Shown: positions 20,125-30,875, numbered from the stretch's first letter. The stretch: DNA of 64,000 bases from Candidatus Dadabacteria bacterium (GCA_963805855.1 CAWDVW010000007.1:288001-352000), one strand, 5' to 3'. Made by a program: numbers and translations. Notes: generated by a model not told the origin, from the sequence alone.

Positions 20125-20580
20125 GTCATTTGCGAGCACTTAGCTACACTCGGTGTTAACTCCGCGAAGCAATCTTCTCCATGGGGATTGCTTCATCCCC
20201 TTCGATTTCGCTCGGGATGGGGACAGGAGCGCTACCCAATAACGGCGGAGACTGATAAATTAGGGTAGGTCACGAGTCTTGCTCGTGACCATAGGTTATC
20301 CCACCAGCAAGGCTGGTGGGCTAACCTTATTCGTATCATTTCTTGGAAAAGAAAGATTTCTCCTTCGAGTCGAAATGACGGGAAGTTGTCGCAATTCTAG
20401 ATTCCCCGTAATTCATGGACAAGAGTTTTTAAATTTCAATGTTGTTTTCTTTTTCACTGATCCATTACGAAATGGAGAGGATTTAATTGGCATTCCAAAA
20501 ACTGCGTCAAGAAAATCAAAAACGAAGGCGTTAAAATTTTTGGACAGCCTTGTCCTGAGCCTGTCTTGAGCTTGTCGAAA
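20125..20580. repeat. cluster of degenerate palindromic REP/RPE-like elements
   Basis: GAAGCAATC/GATTGCTTC (20166-20194), CCCACCAGC-AAG-GCTGGTGGG (20300-20320), AGATTTCTCCTTCGAGTCGAAATGAC (20354-20379), TGTCCTGAGC...CTTGTCGAA (20551-20579). Confidence 0.7.
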
Positions 20581-20929
20581 GCCTAGGTCTAAAGATTGCT
20601 TCTTTGGGTCAAGACAAAGAAATTGGAAAGAAGTGTAAGATAAATGAAGAAAATACTTTTAAAGATTCTGTCCTCGAAATATCTGGCTTTTACAGTAATC
20701 ACTGAGATGACCATCCTTAAATTGAAGACGCCCTAAGTTGAAAATGCCCTGCGACCTGCTGTGGGGGTTCTATTTTAAAATTTATAAATTTCCAATAAAT
20801 GCTATTTTTATGTGCTAAGAAGTAAAGGTTGTAGTTTTGCGAACATTTTAAAGGTGCTGATCCTTTAAGATCGAAATAACTGGATTGCACCTGTAATATC
20901 TAGCTTCTATGGATCTTTTCTGAAATGTT

Positions 20930-22120
20930 ATGAATGAAGACGTAAAGGAGACTACTAAATTTGAGTTAGAAAGAAATATACCTTTTCTTAACCGGGATTT
21001 CATTCTTATTACTATTGCTAGCTTTTTATTCTTCTTCAATTTCCATTCCTTTATCCTTCTTCCAATTCGAATTCAGGAGCTTGGCGGTGGTGCATCTGTT
21101 ATCGGTTTTATAATGGGAATAACATGGATAAGCACAATTATTTCTACTCCGGCTGTCGGCCTATTTGTTGATAGGTGGGGGAAAAAGTGGTTTATGGCGA
21201 CTGGAGGGTTAATAATGTCTCTCACGACTCTTCTTTTTGCATATGTCAATGAATTAGATTTCTTGTTTCCACTTCTGAGGGTCATTCAGGGGGCGTCTTT
21301 TTCATTTTTCTTTATATCAGCGGGGACACTCACCGCTGAAGTCACACCGGTGGCAAAAAGGGCTCAGGCAATCGGTATCTTTGGAGTATTTACTATTATT
21401 AATTATGCGCTTGCTCCATATATAGGGAGAATAATTCTTGAACATTACGATTTCAGGGTTTTATTCCTGTCTGTTTTTGGATTTGGATTTTTGGCCTTTG
21501 TAATTGCAGTCCTCCTAAAGGAGCCTGAGAGGACAAAGGAAATCGAAAGTAAAGGCGGTAGCTACTTAACTATACTTCTGAGAAGAAATGTCTTGATTTC
21601 CGCCATTACGATTATGATAGCCGGTTCTGGATTTATCTCAACAATCACATTTTTGCCTGTGTTTGCTAAAGGGGTCAAGATTGAATCATTTCATTATTTC
21701 TTTATCGCATATACCATCGCTGTGATTTGTATGCGTCTTTTTGGAGGATGGATTCCTGATCAGTATGGAAGAAGGAAAGCTTTAATACCGTCGCTGTTAT
21801 TTTTTTCAATAAGTATTTTTTGGCTGGGATTGGCATCGAACGAGATCGATCTCATAGAGACAGGCGTCCTTTTCGGGCTCAGTCACGGGCTCCTATATCC
21901 CACCTTTTATGCCCTTGTCATTGATATAAGTCCGTTTTATGACAGGGGTAAGGCATTTTCTATTTGCAGCGTAGCATTTACCGTTGGAGGTATGCTAGGT
22001 TCTTTTGTTTATGGCTGGATAGCAGAATACTACGGATTTCGTGATATGTTTCAAATTATTGCTTTTGTTTGCCTGTTTGGTTTTCTCCTTTTTGCCCTTT
22101 TTGGTAGGGAGAGTAATTAG
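20930..22120 (+). CDS. MFS transporter
   Basis: About 12 TM segments; G.FVDRWGKK and G.IPDQYGRR loop motifs. Confidence 0.9.
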   Translation: MNEDVKETTKFELERNIPFLNRDFILITIASFLFFFNFHSFILLPIRIQELGGGASVIGFIMGITWISTIISTPAVGLFVDRWGKKWFMATGGLIMSLTTLLFAYVNELDFLFPLLRVIQGASFSFFFISAGTLTAEVTPVAKRAQAIGIFGVFTIINYALAPYIGRIILEHYDFRVLFLSVFGFGFLAFVIAVLLKEPERTKEIESKGGSYLTILLRRNVLISAITIMIAGSGFISTITFLPVFAKGVKIESFHYFFIAYTIAVICMRLFGGWIPDQYGRRKALIPSLLFFSISIFWLGLASNEIDLIETGVLFGLSHGLLYPTFYALVIDISPFYDRGKAFSICSVAFTVGGMLGSFVYGWIAEYYGFRDMFQIIAFVCLFGFLLFALFGRESN

Positions 22121-22236
22121 CATTTATTTCTTGCGAAAATCGCTTACTGATAATTGTCTATGCACAATTAGTCGAGGAACTGTGCAATCAAATGGAGTAT
22201 GATGTAAACTAGATATATTAATTTTCAACAAATGAG

Positions 22237-22644
22237 GTGATAAGATTGACCCTTGATAAGATGGATAGACAAAGAGCATTAGATGATGGTTTACAGAGAG
22301 ATATTACCGACATTTCCAAAGAAGCGGGCCTTTTTTTACCTGTATTCATTACAAATAAGGTTTTGGATCATTGGGTAACTAATGAGGGGAATGATCCTGA
22401 TTTTTCAGAAGTGGAAAAGGGAATAATCAAAGGTATCCTAAGCAAACTTGTTTACTTACTAAGGGTCCATAGACAAACCAGTAAATCAAATTTAATTTAT
22501 TTTAATGCCTCAATTGAGAAAGATGGTAAAAATGAGACTGCACTGCTTTTATCTCTTTTAGGCCCGATTGATTCAGATGATCATAGGCCCTGTATTACTA
22601 TTATGCTCCCAGAGGAATACCCTGCGGGATCAGATAGGGCCTGA
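22237..22644 (+). CDS. conserved hypothetical protein (DUF6573-like)
   Basis: RQRALDDG..DI...KEAG..LPV.IT ... GP.D...PCITIMLPEE pattern. Confidence 0.6.
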   Translation: MIRLTLDKMDRQRALDDGLQRDITDISKEAGLFLPVFITNKVLDHWVTNEGNDPDFSEVEKGIIKGILSKLVYLLRVHRQTSKSNLIYFNASIEKDGKNETALLLSLLGPIDSDDHRPCITIMLPEEYPAGSDRA

Positions 22645-22816
22645 AAAGGTCAATCGTTCCAGGTTATTGAAATTTATCCATAAAAAGTCTAAGTTACTAA
22701 GCCATTGATAGAAGATTCTTCAACGCGTCTTGGAACGTGGCATTAAATTTTAGGTATTGCCTATTGATATATCTTATGGATCAGCGAAATCAATTCTATA
22801 AGGATGGAGACGACTC

Positions 22817-23227
22817 GTGAACAGGGTCAGTGATTATGAATTGCCATTTCCACCTCCGGCTATATGGAATCTGCTGGGAATAGAAGTGGTCGAAATGGGA
22901 GATGGTTATTCGAAGCTTATTATGCCCTTTAGCGAGAAGCTAGCTCAACCATACGGCATAGTTCACGGGGGCGCAGTATTTACTCTTGCCGATTCAGCAG
23001 CAGCTGTATCTATTGCTTCATTGGTGGAACCGAATAGGAAATTTGTGACCCTCGAGATGAAAATCAACTTTTTGGAACCGATCAAAGAGGGAATTATTGA
23101 AGCAACGGCAATTGTGCTGAGAAGAGGAAGGATCATGCCTGCGGAAGTCGATATTATTAATAACCAGAAGCTAGTTGCAAAAGCAATCGCAACGTATATT
23201 ATACTTGACGAAAATAAGATATTTTGA
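22817..23227 (+). CDS. PaaI-family thioesterase
   Basis: QPYGIVHGGAVFTLAD, VTLEMKINFL. Confidence 0.9.
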   Translation: MNRVSDYELPFPPPAIWNLLGIEVVEMGDGYSKLIMPFSEKLAQPYGIVHGGAVFTLADSAAAVSIASLVEPNRKFVTLEMKINFLEPIKEGIIEATAIVLRRGRIMPAEVDIINNQKLVAKAIATYIILDENKIF

Positions 23228-23312
23228 CTAACCTAAGCCATAATACTTTGCGATCAAGTATAGGTACTCTCGATGCATTTTCCCTAATTGGGTAGAACAA
23301 GTACATGATATC

Positions 23313-24773
23313 ATGGACAATGAACTCATAGAGCAGCGAAAGCACAAAATAGAAGAACTAAAGAGGATCGGCATTGACCCCTATGCTAACTATTTCAAAA
23401 TCTCGCACTCTGCTTCCACCATACTTTCGTCATATGGAAAAGCTTCAGATGAACAGCTAAAAGCAATTGATGCAGAATTTTCCATTGCGGGCAGGGTAAT
23501 TGCAATAAGAGATTTCGGAAAGAGTATGTTCCTCCACATTTTAGATGGGTCAGGAAAGATTCAAGCTTATATCAGAAAAGATATTGCGGGTGACGAAAGT
23601 TTAGAATTTATTAAGAAGTTTGTAGATATTGGAGATTTTGTCGGAATAGTAGGGAATCTATTCAAGACGAAAACGGGAGAACTGACGCTAAACGTCAAGG
23701 AAATTAGGCTCATTACCAAGACAATGAATCCTCTACCCGAAAAATGGCATGGTTTGAGAGACGTGGAGCTAAGGTATAGGAAGCGCTATCTTGATTTGAT
23801 CTCCAATTCAGATGTTAAGGATGTCTTTTTTAAAAGGACAAAAATAATCAAAGCTATCAGGACCTTTCTTGATCATAAGGATTTTATCGAGGTAGAAACT
23901 CCTGTTCTTCACCCCGTAGCGGGTGGCGCAGCTGCTCAACCATTCAAAACACACCACAACGCACTGGATATGGATCTTTTTTTGAGAATAGCTCCCGAGC
24001 TTTATTTAAAAAGGCTCGTTATAGGAGGGTTTGATAGGGTTTATGAGATCGGAAGGACTTTCAGAAATGAAGGCATATCTACTCAACATAATCCGGAGTT
24101 TACAATGCTGGAACTCTACCAAGCATATGCTACTTACGAAGATTTGATGAATCTGCTCGAAGAACTTGTCTGTTTTGTTGCCGAAACCGTTTTTAATAAA
24201 AACCAGTTTGAGTATCAAGGCTTGAAGATGGATTTGAGCCGTCCTTGGAAGAGGATCAGTATAATCGACTCGTTAATAGACACCTACGGGGAAGATATAT
24301 TGAGAGATGACGAAGTTCTATTTTCTAAAGCAGATTCATTTGGAATAGAGTATAAAGGGGTTAGAGGCAAGGCTATAATCGAGTTATTTGAACATACTAG
24401 AGGAAAAGAGATAGTGGATCCGGCATTTATTTATGGGTTCCCGACCGATATATCTCCGCTGGCTAGGAAAAATGATGAGAATCCTGAGATTACGGATAGG
24501 TTTGAACTATTCATGGCGGGTAGAGAGATTGCGAACGCATTCTCAGAACTCAACGACCCTATAGATCAGAGGGAGAGGTTTACCAAACAGTTGGAAATAA
24601 AGGCAAGGGGTGGAGGTGAATATCAAGAAATCGACGAAGACTTCATATCTGCATTGGAGTACGGTATGCCGCCAACCGCTGGTGCAGGAATTGGGATCGA
24701 TCGTTTAGTAATGCTCCTTACCGATTCACCCTCGATAAGGGACGTTATTTTTTTTCCACAACTTAGAACCTAA
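23313..24773 (+). CDS. lysS: lysine-tRNA ligase (class II)
   Basis: [38 protein letters not shown]. Confidence 0.97.
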   Translation: MDNELIEQRKHKIEELKRIGIDPYANYFKISHSASTILSSYGKASDEQLKAIDAEFSIAGRVIAIRDFGKSMFLHILDGSGKIQAYIRKDIAGDESLEFIKKFVDIGDFVGIVGNLFKTKTGELTLNVKEIRLITKTMNPLPEKWHGLRDVELRYRKRYLDLISNSDVKDVFFKRTKIIKAIRTFLDHKDFIEVETPVLHPVAGGAAAQPFKTHHNALDMDLFLRIAPELYLKRLVIGGFDRVYEIGRTFRNEGISTQHNPEFTMLELYQAYATYEDLMNLLEELVCFVAETVFNKNQFEYQGLKMDLSRPWKRISIIDSLIDTYGEDILRDDEVLFSKADSFGIEYKGVRGKAIIELFEHTRGKEIVDPAFIYGFPTDISPLARKNDENPEITDRFELFMAGREIANAFSELNDPIDQRERFTKQLEIKARGGGEYQEIDEDFISALEYGMPPTAGAGIGIDRLVMLLTDSPSIRDVIFFPQLRT

Positions 24774-26071
24774 TGAAATACGAATTTTTTATCGGACTTA
24801 GATATCTGAGGTCAAAAAGAAGGCAAACCTTTATATCCATAATTGGCCTTATCGCCATTCTGGGAGTTATTATTGGCGTCATGGCGCTTAATGTTGTGCT
24901 GGGTGTAATGAGTGGTTTTGAAGAGGAACTCAGGAATAAGATATTGGGTGTCAGTTCTCATCTTGTGGTTTTGGATTATGATGGTCCGATTGAGGATTAC
25001 AGCGAGATAAGGGAGAGGGTCTTGGGTTTTCCCGGTGTTGTGGGGGCAAGCCCTTTCATTTATGGTCAAGGAATGATTGTAAGTGAAAACAACGTAATCG
25101 GGGCGGTTATAAGAGGCATTGATCCCGGAACCGCGGGAACAGTAACAAACGTGGAAGAAGCTATTGGGAGGGGTGTAGTAGGTAGAGGGGAAAAGGTAAA
25201 TAGCAATAAGCTCATACGTATTGGAAATGAGCAATTGACGAAGCTGACAGGAGAAACAGCCTCGGGGAAGCCGCCTATAATTATTGGCCGAGAACTCGGA
25301 TCTACCCTGGGCGTGAGTGTAGCTGATATCGTCAGTGTCCTTTCACCTTTGGGCACATATGGTCCGTTTGGTCCTCAGGCCAAGGTAAAAAAATTTGAGG
25401 TCATCGGTATTTTTGACTATGGTATGGTTGAGTATGACTCATCAATTGCGTACGTATCACTTGAAGATGCGATGAACTTTTTTGATATGAAGGACAAGGT
25501 ATCAGGCATTGAAGTTAAGGTTAAGGATATATATAAGGCGAAGGCGATTGGGGAGAAACTCTCTGCAATCTTGGGGTTTCCTTACTTCGTTAGAAATTGG
25601 GAGGAGGTAAACCGAAGCCTATTCAGAGCGCTTCGTTTGGAGCGATTGGCGATAGCTATTTTTCTTGGATTCATTATTCTTGTTGCCGCACTTGATATCG
25701 TCAGTACCCTAACAATGGTAGTCATGGAGAAGGGCAAAGATATCGCAATCCTACGCGCTATGGGAGCAACACGGGGAAGTATAATGAAAATTTTCATAAC
25801 TGATGGGATGATTATCGGAATTATTGGGACTGTCTTGGGTACCTTAGCTGGTTTTGGCATATGTTACTTGCTTAAAACCAACGAATCTATCAAACAGCTT
25901 ATTCCGTTTGACCCGGAAGTCTATCCGATCTCGGAGTTCCCGGTTAAAATTGAACCTCTGTTTTTTCTAATAGTGGCAATTAGCAGCTTAATTATATGTT
26001 TCATTGCGACCCTGTATCCGTCTTATCAGGCGTCTCGCAAGGATCCTGTAGAAGCTTTGAGGTTTGAATGA
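24773..26071 (+). CDS. lolC: lipoprotein-releasing ABC transporter permease (LolC/E)
   Basis: FIGLRYLR, VMSGFE, IAILRAMGA, YPSYQASR.DP.EALR.E. Confidence 0.9.
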   Translation: MKYEFFIGLRYLRSKRRQTFISIIGLIAILGVIIGVMALNVVLGVMSGFEEELRNKILGVSSHLVVLDYDGPIEDYSEIRERVLGFPGVVGASPFIYGQGMIVSENNVIGAVIRGIDPGTAGTVTNVEEAIGRGVVGRGEKVNSNKLIRIGNEQLTKLTGETASGKPPIIIGRELGSTLGVSVADIVSVLSPLGTYGPFGPQAKVKKFEVIGIFDYGMVEYDSSIAYVSLEDAMNFFDMKDKVSGIEVKVKDIYKAKAIGEKLSAILGFPYFVRNWEEVNRSLFRALRLERLAIAIFLGFIILVAALDIVSTLTMVVMEKGKDIAILRAMGATRGSIMKIFITDGMIIGIIGTVLGTLAGFGICYLLKTNESIKQLIPFDPEVYPISEFPVKIEPLFFLIVAISSLIICFIATLYPSYQASRKDPVEALRFE

Positions 26072-26796
26072 GTTCCATAATAGAGGCGAAGTGCATTTGG
26101 AAAGTTTTCGAGACAAAGGGGGATAAAGTTGAAGCACTTAAGGGAATTGACTTGGTTATAAACAGGGGCGACACGATTGGTGTCGTTGGTGTTTCGGGTT
26201 CGGGAAAGAGCACCCTATTACATATTCTAGGTACACTGGATCGTCCGACGGCAGGGGAATTGATCTATTGGAATTCGAGCGAGGTGCCTGATGGCAATGG
26301 GCATAGCGAACAAGTACAGGAACTCAATATTTTTCAACATAGTGATGGCGAACTCGCTACATTCAGGAATCATGAGGTTGGTTTTGTTTTTCAGTCTCAT
26401 TATCTTCTTCCGGAGTTTAATGCGCTGGAGAACGTTATGATGCCTGCATTAATTCAAGGAATTGGGAAGAAGCGGGCAAAGGAGTTGTCGGAGTCGATCC
26501 TCTTCAAAGTGGGTCTGCAAAACCGGTTATTTCACAGGCCCGGGGAGCTATCAGGGGGAGAGCAACAACGGGTTGCAATAGCTAGGGCTGTTATCTTAAA
26601 ACCAAGAGTGATATTTGCAGATGAACCTACGGGAAACCTGGATTTGGAAACAGGGATGTCGATTATGGATCTATTTTTAAAGCTGAATGAGGAAGACGGT
26701 ATTATTCTGGTCTTGGTGACTCATAATCCCCAAGTGGCAAGCAGGTTGAGTAGAACTATCACACTATCTGATGGATTGGTCGTCGATGAGAAATAG
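26068..26796 (+). CDS. lolD: lipoprotein-releasing ABC transporter ATPase
   Basis: [32 protein letters not shown]. Confidence 0.92.
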   Translation: MSSIIEAKCIWKVFETKGDKVEALKGIDLVINRGDTIGVVGVSGSGKSTLLHILGTLDRPTAGELIYWNSSEVPDGNGHSEQVQELNIFQHSDGELATFRNHEVGFVFQSHYLLPEFNALENVMMPALIQGIGKKRAKELSESILFKVGLQNRLFHRPGELSGGEQQRVAIARAVILKPRVIFADEPTGNLDLETGMSIMDLFLKLNEEDGIILVLVTHNPQVASRLSRTITLSDGLVVDEK

Positions 26797-29083
26797 TAGA
26801 TCATATCTTAGGTGTACAATCATAACTGCCTTTCCTCTCTTGATTAGTCTGATTTTTATTCCTGTTCTTGCAATAGGACAGGAAACTATCGCAAAGATCG
26901 AAATTGAGGGGAATAAAAGGATTGAGACAAATATTATCAAAAACAATCTTTCTTCGAGAGAGGGTGAGCCTCTATCTTCAGACACCGTTAGGGAGGATAT
27001 AAAAAATATTTATAAACTGGGGTTCTTTGAAGACGTATCTGCGGAGGTTGAGCAAACTCCTGAAGGAGTTGTTCTTATCTATAGAGTCAAAGAAAAACCC
27101 GTTGTTGTCGACCTCAGGATTAGAGGGAATGATGAGATAAAAAATGAAGAGATAATGGATGTAATCGATGTGAAAGAGGGTCGTATTATTGAGCTTAACA
27201 AGGTTAAGAAAAGCGTTGAGGCGATTGAGAAACTTTATGCCGAGAAGGGTTATGTTGCAAGAGAGGTTACCTATAACATTGAACCTAAGGGAGAGGGGAC
27301 CGTAAGTGTTACCTTTGACATACAGGAAGGAAAACGAGCATATATTAAGAAGGTTAATTTTATAGGGAATGAAGCCCTTAAGACGAAGCAACTGAAAGAA
27401 GGGTTATACACCAAGACAAAAGGAATGTTTTCATTTATAACAAAAAGCGGTTTGTATAACCCGAATGAGATTGATAATGACGCACAAAGAATCAGGGCGA
27501 AATACTATAATAACGGTTACCTCGATGTGAAGGTGAATAAACCGGAGATTGAGTTCAACGAGGAAGAAGATGGTTATATAGTAACGTTTAGAATTGAAGA
27601 GGGTAAGCAGTACAAAATCAAAAACATCACTTTTAATGGAGATTTGGTTGTTCCAGAGGAAGAGCTGCGCTCGCTCCTCAAGTTGAAAAGCGGAGAAATA
27701 TTCCGCGGCGAACAGCTGGCAGATGATATCGAAAAACTCACCACGTTTTATGGTGATAAGGGATATGCGTTTGCCAATGTGGACCCCGGTGTCAAACAGA
27801 ATAGGGAAGAACTCACGGTTGATTTAAATTTTCTACTTGAGAAGGGGCCGGAGGTATCCATAAGAGATATAGATATTGTAGGCAACGCTAGAACGAAGGA
27901 TAAGGTTATAAGAAGGGAAATTCCCATCGAAGAAGAACAACTGTATAGCACAACTAAGGTGGATGCGATCAAACCAAGGGTTTCAAGGCTCGGGTTTTTT
28001 GATGAGAATGTTGAAGTTGCTACCAATCGTGTTCCTGGAACCGATAATCAGGTTGATTTGAGTGTCAAGGTAAAGGAGAAGCCTACCGGTTTCTTCAGCG
28101 TGGCTGGTGGATTTAGCTCAGTTGAAACTATTATCTTTGCCGGTCAGGTTCAGGAATCAAATATTTTTGGCACCGGGAAACGGGTATCTTTAAATGCGCA
28201 GATCGGTGGCGTAACTCAGTTATTTTTCCTTAATTATACAGACCCTCACTTTCTCGACTCTGACTGGACTCTTGATGCAGTGGGCTTTAGATCGAAACAG
28301 GTGTTTAGAGATTTTGACAGGACGGCATGGGGTGGATCTTTAACAGTGGGGCGCAGGCTATTTAGTCACTTAAGCGGATCACTAACTTATAGACTGGAGA
28401 GTCTCAAAATTGGCAATGTCGATAGAAATGCTTCGTTCCTAATAACTGAGCAGTCGCAAACCGTCAGCAGCTTCGCCCTCGGGTTTGTATGGGATACATT
28501 GAATAATGTACTGGATCCTACAAGAGGAAATATATCGAGGACAAGCATAGAATATGCGGGGCCTTTTGGTGGTGATACAGATTTTATTAGATATAATATC
28601 TCATCGAGACAATTCGTCCCGTTTTGGTATAATACCTATTTCTCCCTGTTTGGAACATATGGCATAGTAGATTTTCAAAACATAGGGAATGAATTGGTTG
28701 TGGCTGAAAGATATTTTCTAGGAGGTCCGAATACACTCAGAGGCTTTGGTTTTAGGAGAGTCAGTCCACGCGTTCCTGTCCCAGATGGAGGTTATGTTCT
28801 TATAGGTGGGGTTCAGCAATTACTGTTTCAGGTCGACTACATTTTCCCACTCCTTTCTCAGGTAGGCCTTAAGGGGGTTTTATTTTTTGATATTGGTAAT
28901 GTATTTAATGATGGACAAGACCTTACCTTTAATCCCAGTGATCTAAGGAAGGATTGGGGACTTGGTTTTAGGTGGAATTCACCTCTCGGCCCATTGAGGC
29001 TTGAAGTCGGGTTTCCCATAGGTACTCGACTTCCTGGAGAGAAATCTTACGAGATTCAGTTTACGGTAGGTACATTATTTTAG
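26786..29083 (+). CDS. bamA: outer membrane protein assembly factor BamA
   Basis: POTRA repeats, LRGF motif, WNSPLGPL, C-terminal Phe; start could be 26771 or 26786. Confidence 0.95.
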   Translation: MRNSRSYLRCTIITAFPLLISLIFIPVLAIGQETIAKIEIEGNKRIETNIIKNNLSSREGEPLSSDTVREDIKNIYKLGFFEDVSAEVEQTPEGVVLIYRVKEKPVVVDLRIRGNDEIKNEEIMDVIDVKEGRIIELNKVKKSVEAIEKLYAEKGYVAREVTYNIEPKGEGTVSVTFDIQEGKRAYIKKVNFIGNEALKTKQLKEGLYTKTKGMFSFITKSGLYNPNEIDNDAQRIRAKYYNNGYLDVKVNKPEIEFNEEEDGYIVTFRIEEGKQYKIKNITFNGDLVVPEEELRSLLKLKSGEIFRGEQLADDIEKLTTFYGDKGYAFANVDPGVKQNREELTVDLNFLLEKGPEVSIRDIDIVGNARTKDKVIRREIPIEEEQLYSTTKVDAIKPRVSRLGFFDENVEVATNRVPGTDNQVDLSVKVKEKPTGFFSVAGGFSSVETIIFAGQVQESNIFGTGKRVSLNAQIGGVTQLFFLNYTDPHFLDSDWTLDAVGFRSKQVFRDFDRTAWGGSLTVGRRLFSHLSGSLTYRLESLKIGNVDRNASFLITEQSQTVSSFALGFVWDTLNNVLDPTRGNISRTSIEYAGPFGGDTDFIRYNISSRQFVPFWYNTYFSLFGTYGIVDFQNIGNELVVAERYFLGGPNTLRGFGFRRVSPRVPVPDGGYVLIGGVQQLLFQVDYIFPLLSQVGLKGVLFFDIGNVFNDGQDLTFNPSDLRKDWGLGFRWNSPLGPLRLEVGFPIGTRLPGEKSYEIQFTVGTLF

Positions 29084-29098
29084 TTAAGGAGGCAGTAA

Positions 29099-29608
29099 AT
29101 GAGAAGTCTAATTGTTGCTTTTTTATTTACAGTTTTGACAGCAGGATTATCGTACGCCCAGTCAACCGCTAAGATTGGATATATTGATCTACAACGTGTG
29201 ATCCTTGAATCTAAAGCTGGAAAGACGGCAAAGAGTGCTTTTGAACGAGAGTTTAATCAAAAAGCGGCATTGATCGAACAAAAGAAAGCGGCCCTGGATC
29301 AAGAGAGGGAGAGTTTTTTGAAGCAATCTGCTGTTATGGACGAGGAAGCAAGGTTAAGAAAAGCCGACGAATTACAGAGAAAGGAGAAGGATCTCAATAG
29401 GACCCGCGACGATTACAGAGATGAACTTCAGAGGCGTGATCTCGATCTATCAAAGCAAATATTATCTGAGGTTGTGGTGATTATAAGTAATATGGGCCAA
29501 TCCGAGGGTTATGAGATCATTGTAGAAAAGAGTGAGGGTGGTATCTTGTGCTGCAAAGGTGCTGATATTACTGATAGAGTGATTAAGGCTTTTGACTCCA
29601 AGAAGTGA
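29099..29608 (+). CDS. skp: periplasmic chaperone Skp/OmpH
   Basis: Signal peptide, KIGYIDLQRV, coiled coil, DITDRVI; follows bamA. Confidence 0.9.
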   Translation: MRSLIVAFLFTVLTAGLSYAQSTAKIGYIDLQRVILESKAGKTAKSAFEREFNQKAALIEQKKAALDQERESFLKQSAVMDEEARLRKADELQRKEKDLNRTRDDYRDELQRRDLDLSKQILSEVVVIISNMGQSEGYEIIVEKSEGGILCCKGADITDRVIKAFDSKK

Positions 29609-29686
29609 TAAAATTACTTAAGCGAATTAAATTGCACTGTTTTTTTTTACATATAGGGATAAATAATAATTTTGTAAGGTGGAAGC

Positions 29687-30127
29687 ATGATATACAATAA
29701 AGAGGAGATAGAAAAATTCATTCCACACCGGGACCCTTTTCTTTTTGTCGACAGTGTAATTGAGCTTGAGCCGGAGGTGAGGATCGTTGCATCAAAGCGT
29801 TTTGGGGATGAGTTAGACTTCTTCAGGGGTCATTTTCCTGGTAATCCGATAGTGCCAGGGGTTATTCTCCTCGAAGCTCTCGCACAGGCTGGAGGGATTT
29901 TATTTGCCTCTTCTTATCCTGAGAAAATTAGAGAGAAGGGCAGATTCAATGTTTATCTAATGGGTGTTGAAAACGTCAAATTCAGGAAGCCGGTTTTACC
30001 AGGCGATAATGTGAAACTGGAAGTAAAACTTCTAAAAAATAGGTTAAGGGGTCTGAAGTTTAGTGGCGAGGCGTTCGTAGGGAAGAATAAGGTCGCCGAA
30101 GCCCAAATCCTTGCCGCAATTGTCTAG
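29687..30127 (+). CDS. fabZ: 3-hydroxyacyl-ACP dehydratase
   Basis: IPHRDPFLFVD, FFRGHFPG.PIVPGV.LLEALAQ. Confidence 0.93.
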   Translation: MIYNKEEIEKFIPHRDPFLFVDSVIELEPEVRIVASKRFGDELDFFRGHFPGNPIVPGVILLEALAQAGGILFASSYPEKIREKGRFNVYLMGVENVKFRKPVLPGDNVKLEVKLLKNRLRGLKFSGEAFVGKNKVAEAQILAAIV

Positions 30128-30268
30128 TCTATCAAGGTTTATATTTAAACTTATGATAAATTTGATAATTTCTCTTGCTATGTTAATTTAAATCCCTTTA
30201 AATAAATCCTTTTCTCCAGTAATATTTCACTAAGAGGGATATGATTTTGATGGATGTATCAATGAAAA

Positions 30269-30343
30269 GCTGGCGTAGCTCAGTGGTAGAGCAGCTGATT
30301 TGTAATCAGCAGGTCGGGGGTTCAAATCCCTTCGCCAGCTCCA
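30269..30343 (+). tRNA. tRNA-Thr(TGT)
   Basis: Cloverleaf, CTGAT-TTGTAA-TCAG anticodon arm, encoded CCA. Confidence 0.95.
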
Positions 30344-30347
30344 ATAA

Positions 30348-30424
30348 CATGATGCAGGATGCAAGATGCACGAAAGGAACTACTATAGTAATCATGCATC
30401 ATGGATCATGTATCATGCATCTTG
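30348..30424. repeat. inverted heptamer-repeat hairpin
   Basis: GATGCAG/GATGCAA/GATGCAC ... CATGCAT/CATGGAT/CATGTAT. Confidence 0.8.
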
Positions 30425-30428
30425 GGTT

Positions 30429-30514
30429 GGGGAGGTGGCTGAGTGGACAAAGGCAGCAGACTGTAAATCTGCCGGTGCAAGCCTACGTAGGTTCGAATCC
30501 TGCCCTCCCCACCA
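30429..30514 (+). tRNA. tRNA-Tyr(GTA)
   Basis: GGGGAGG/CCTCCCC acceptor stem, GCAGA-CTGTAAA-TCTGC, long variable arm, CCA. Confidence 0.95.
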
Positions 30515-30516
30515 TT

Positions 30517-30585
30517 CACGATACAGATCCAAGATGTAGGATGTATTGATGCACGAAAGGAACTACTATAGTAATCATGCATCAT
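30517..30585. repeat. heptamer-repeat element; shares an exact 38 bp with 30365-30402
   Basis: GATGCACGAAAGGAACTACTATAGTAATCATGCATCAT at 30365-30402 and 30548-30585. Confidence 0.85.
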
Positions 30586-30596
30586 TTTATGGGTGT

Positions 30597-30670
30597 GCGG
30601 GAGTAGCTCAGTTGGCTAGAGCGTCAGCCTTCCAAGCTGAGGGTCGCGGGTTCGAGTCCCGTCTCCCGCT
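30597..30670 (+). tRNA. tRNA-Gly(TCC)
   Basis: GCGGGAG/CTCCCGC stem, TCAGC-CTTCCAA-GCTGA; CCA not intact. Confidence 0.95.
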
Positions 30671-30683
30671 CATAAATTGCGGT

Positions 30684-30759
30684 GCCCACGTAGCTCAGTC
30701 GGCAGAGCACATCCTTGGTAAGGATGAGGTCAGCGGTTCAAGTCCGCTCGTGGGCTCCA
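30684..30759 (+). tRNA. tRNA-Thr(GGT)
   Basis: GCCCACG/CGTGGGC stem, ATCC-TTGGTAA-GGAT, CCA. Confidence 0.95.
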
Positions 30760-30762
30760 GTA

Positions 30763-30855
30763 TCACGATGCAGGATGCACGATACAAGATACGGAATGCA
30801 AGATGTATCTTCGGTCATCAATCATGAATCATGCATCTTGGATCGTGTATCGTGA
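30763..30855. repeat. inverted heptamer-repeat hairpin before tuf
   Basis: TCACGATGCAGGATGCACGATACAAGAT ... ATCTTGGATCGTGTATCGTGA. Confidence 0.8.
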
Positions 30856-30875
30856 AGAATTGGGAGGTAAAGACA

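Noticed and set aside
20279-20569. 96-aa ORF; likewise ORFs at 32212-32569 and 35001-35246
   Set aside because: They overlap palindromic repeat clusters and show no protein-like features.
30348-30585. Possible CRISPR array (38-bp repeat seen twice)
   Set aside because: Only two copies, the intervening sequence contains tRNA-Tyr, and there are no cas genes.
30241-30875. ORFs 30241-30549 and 30546-30827 and the 15-aa N-terminal extension of tuf
   Set aside because: They run through four tRNAs and the heptamer repeats; tuf has an RBS before ATG 30876.
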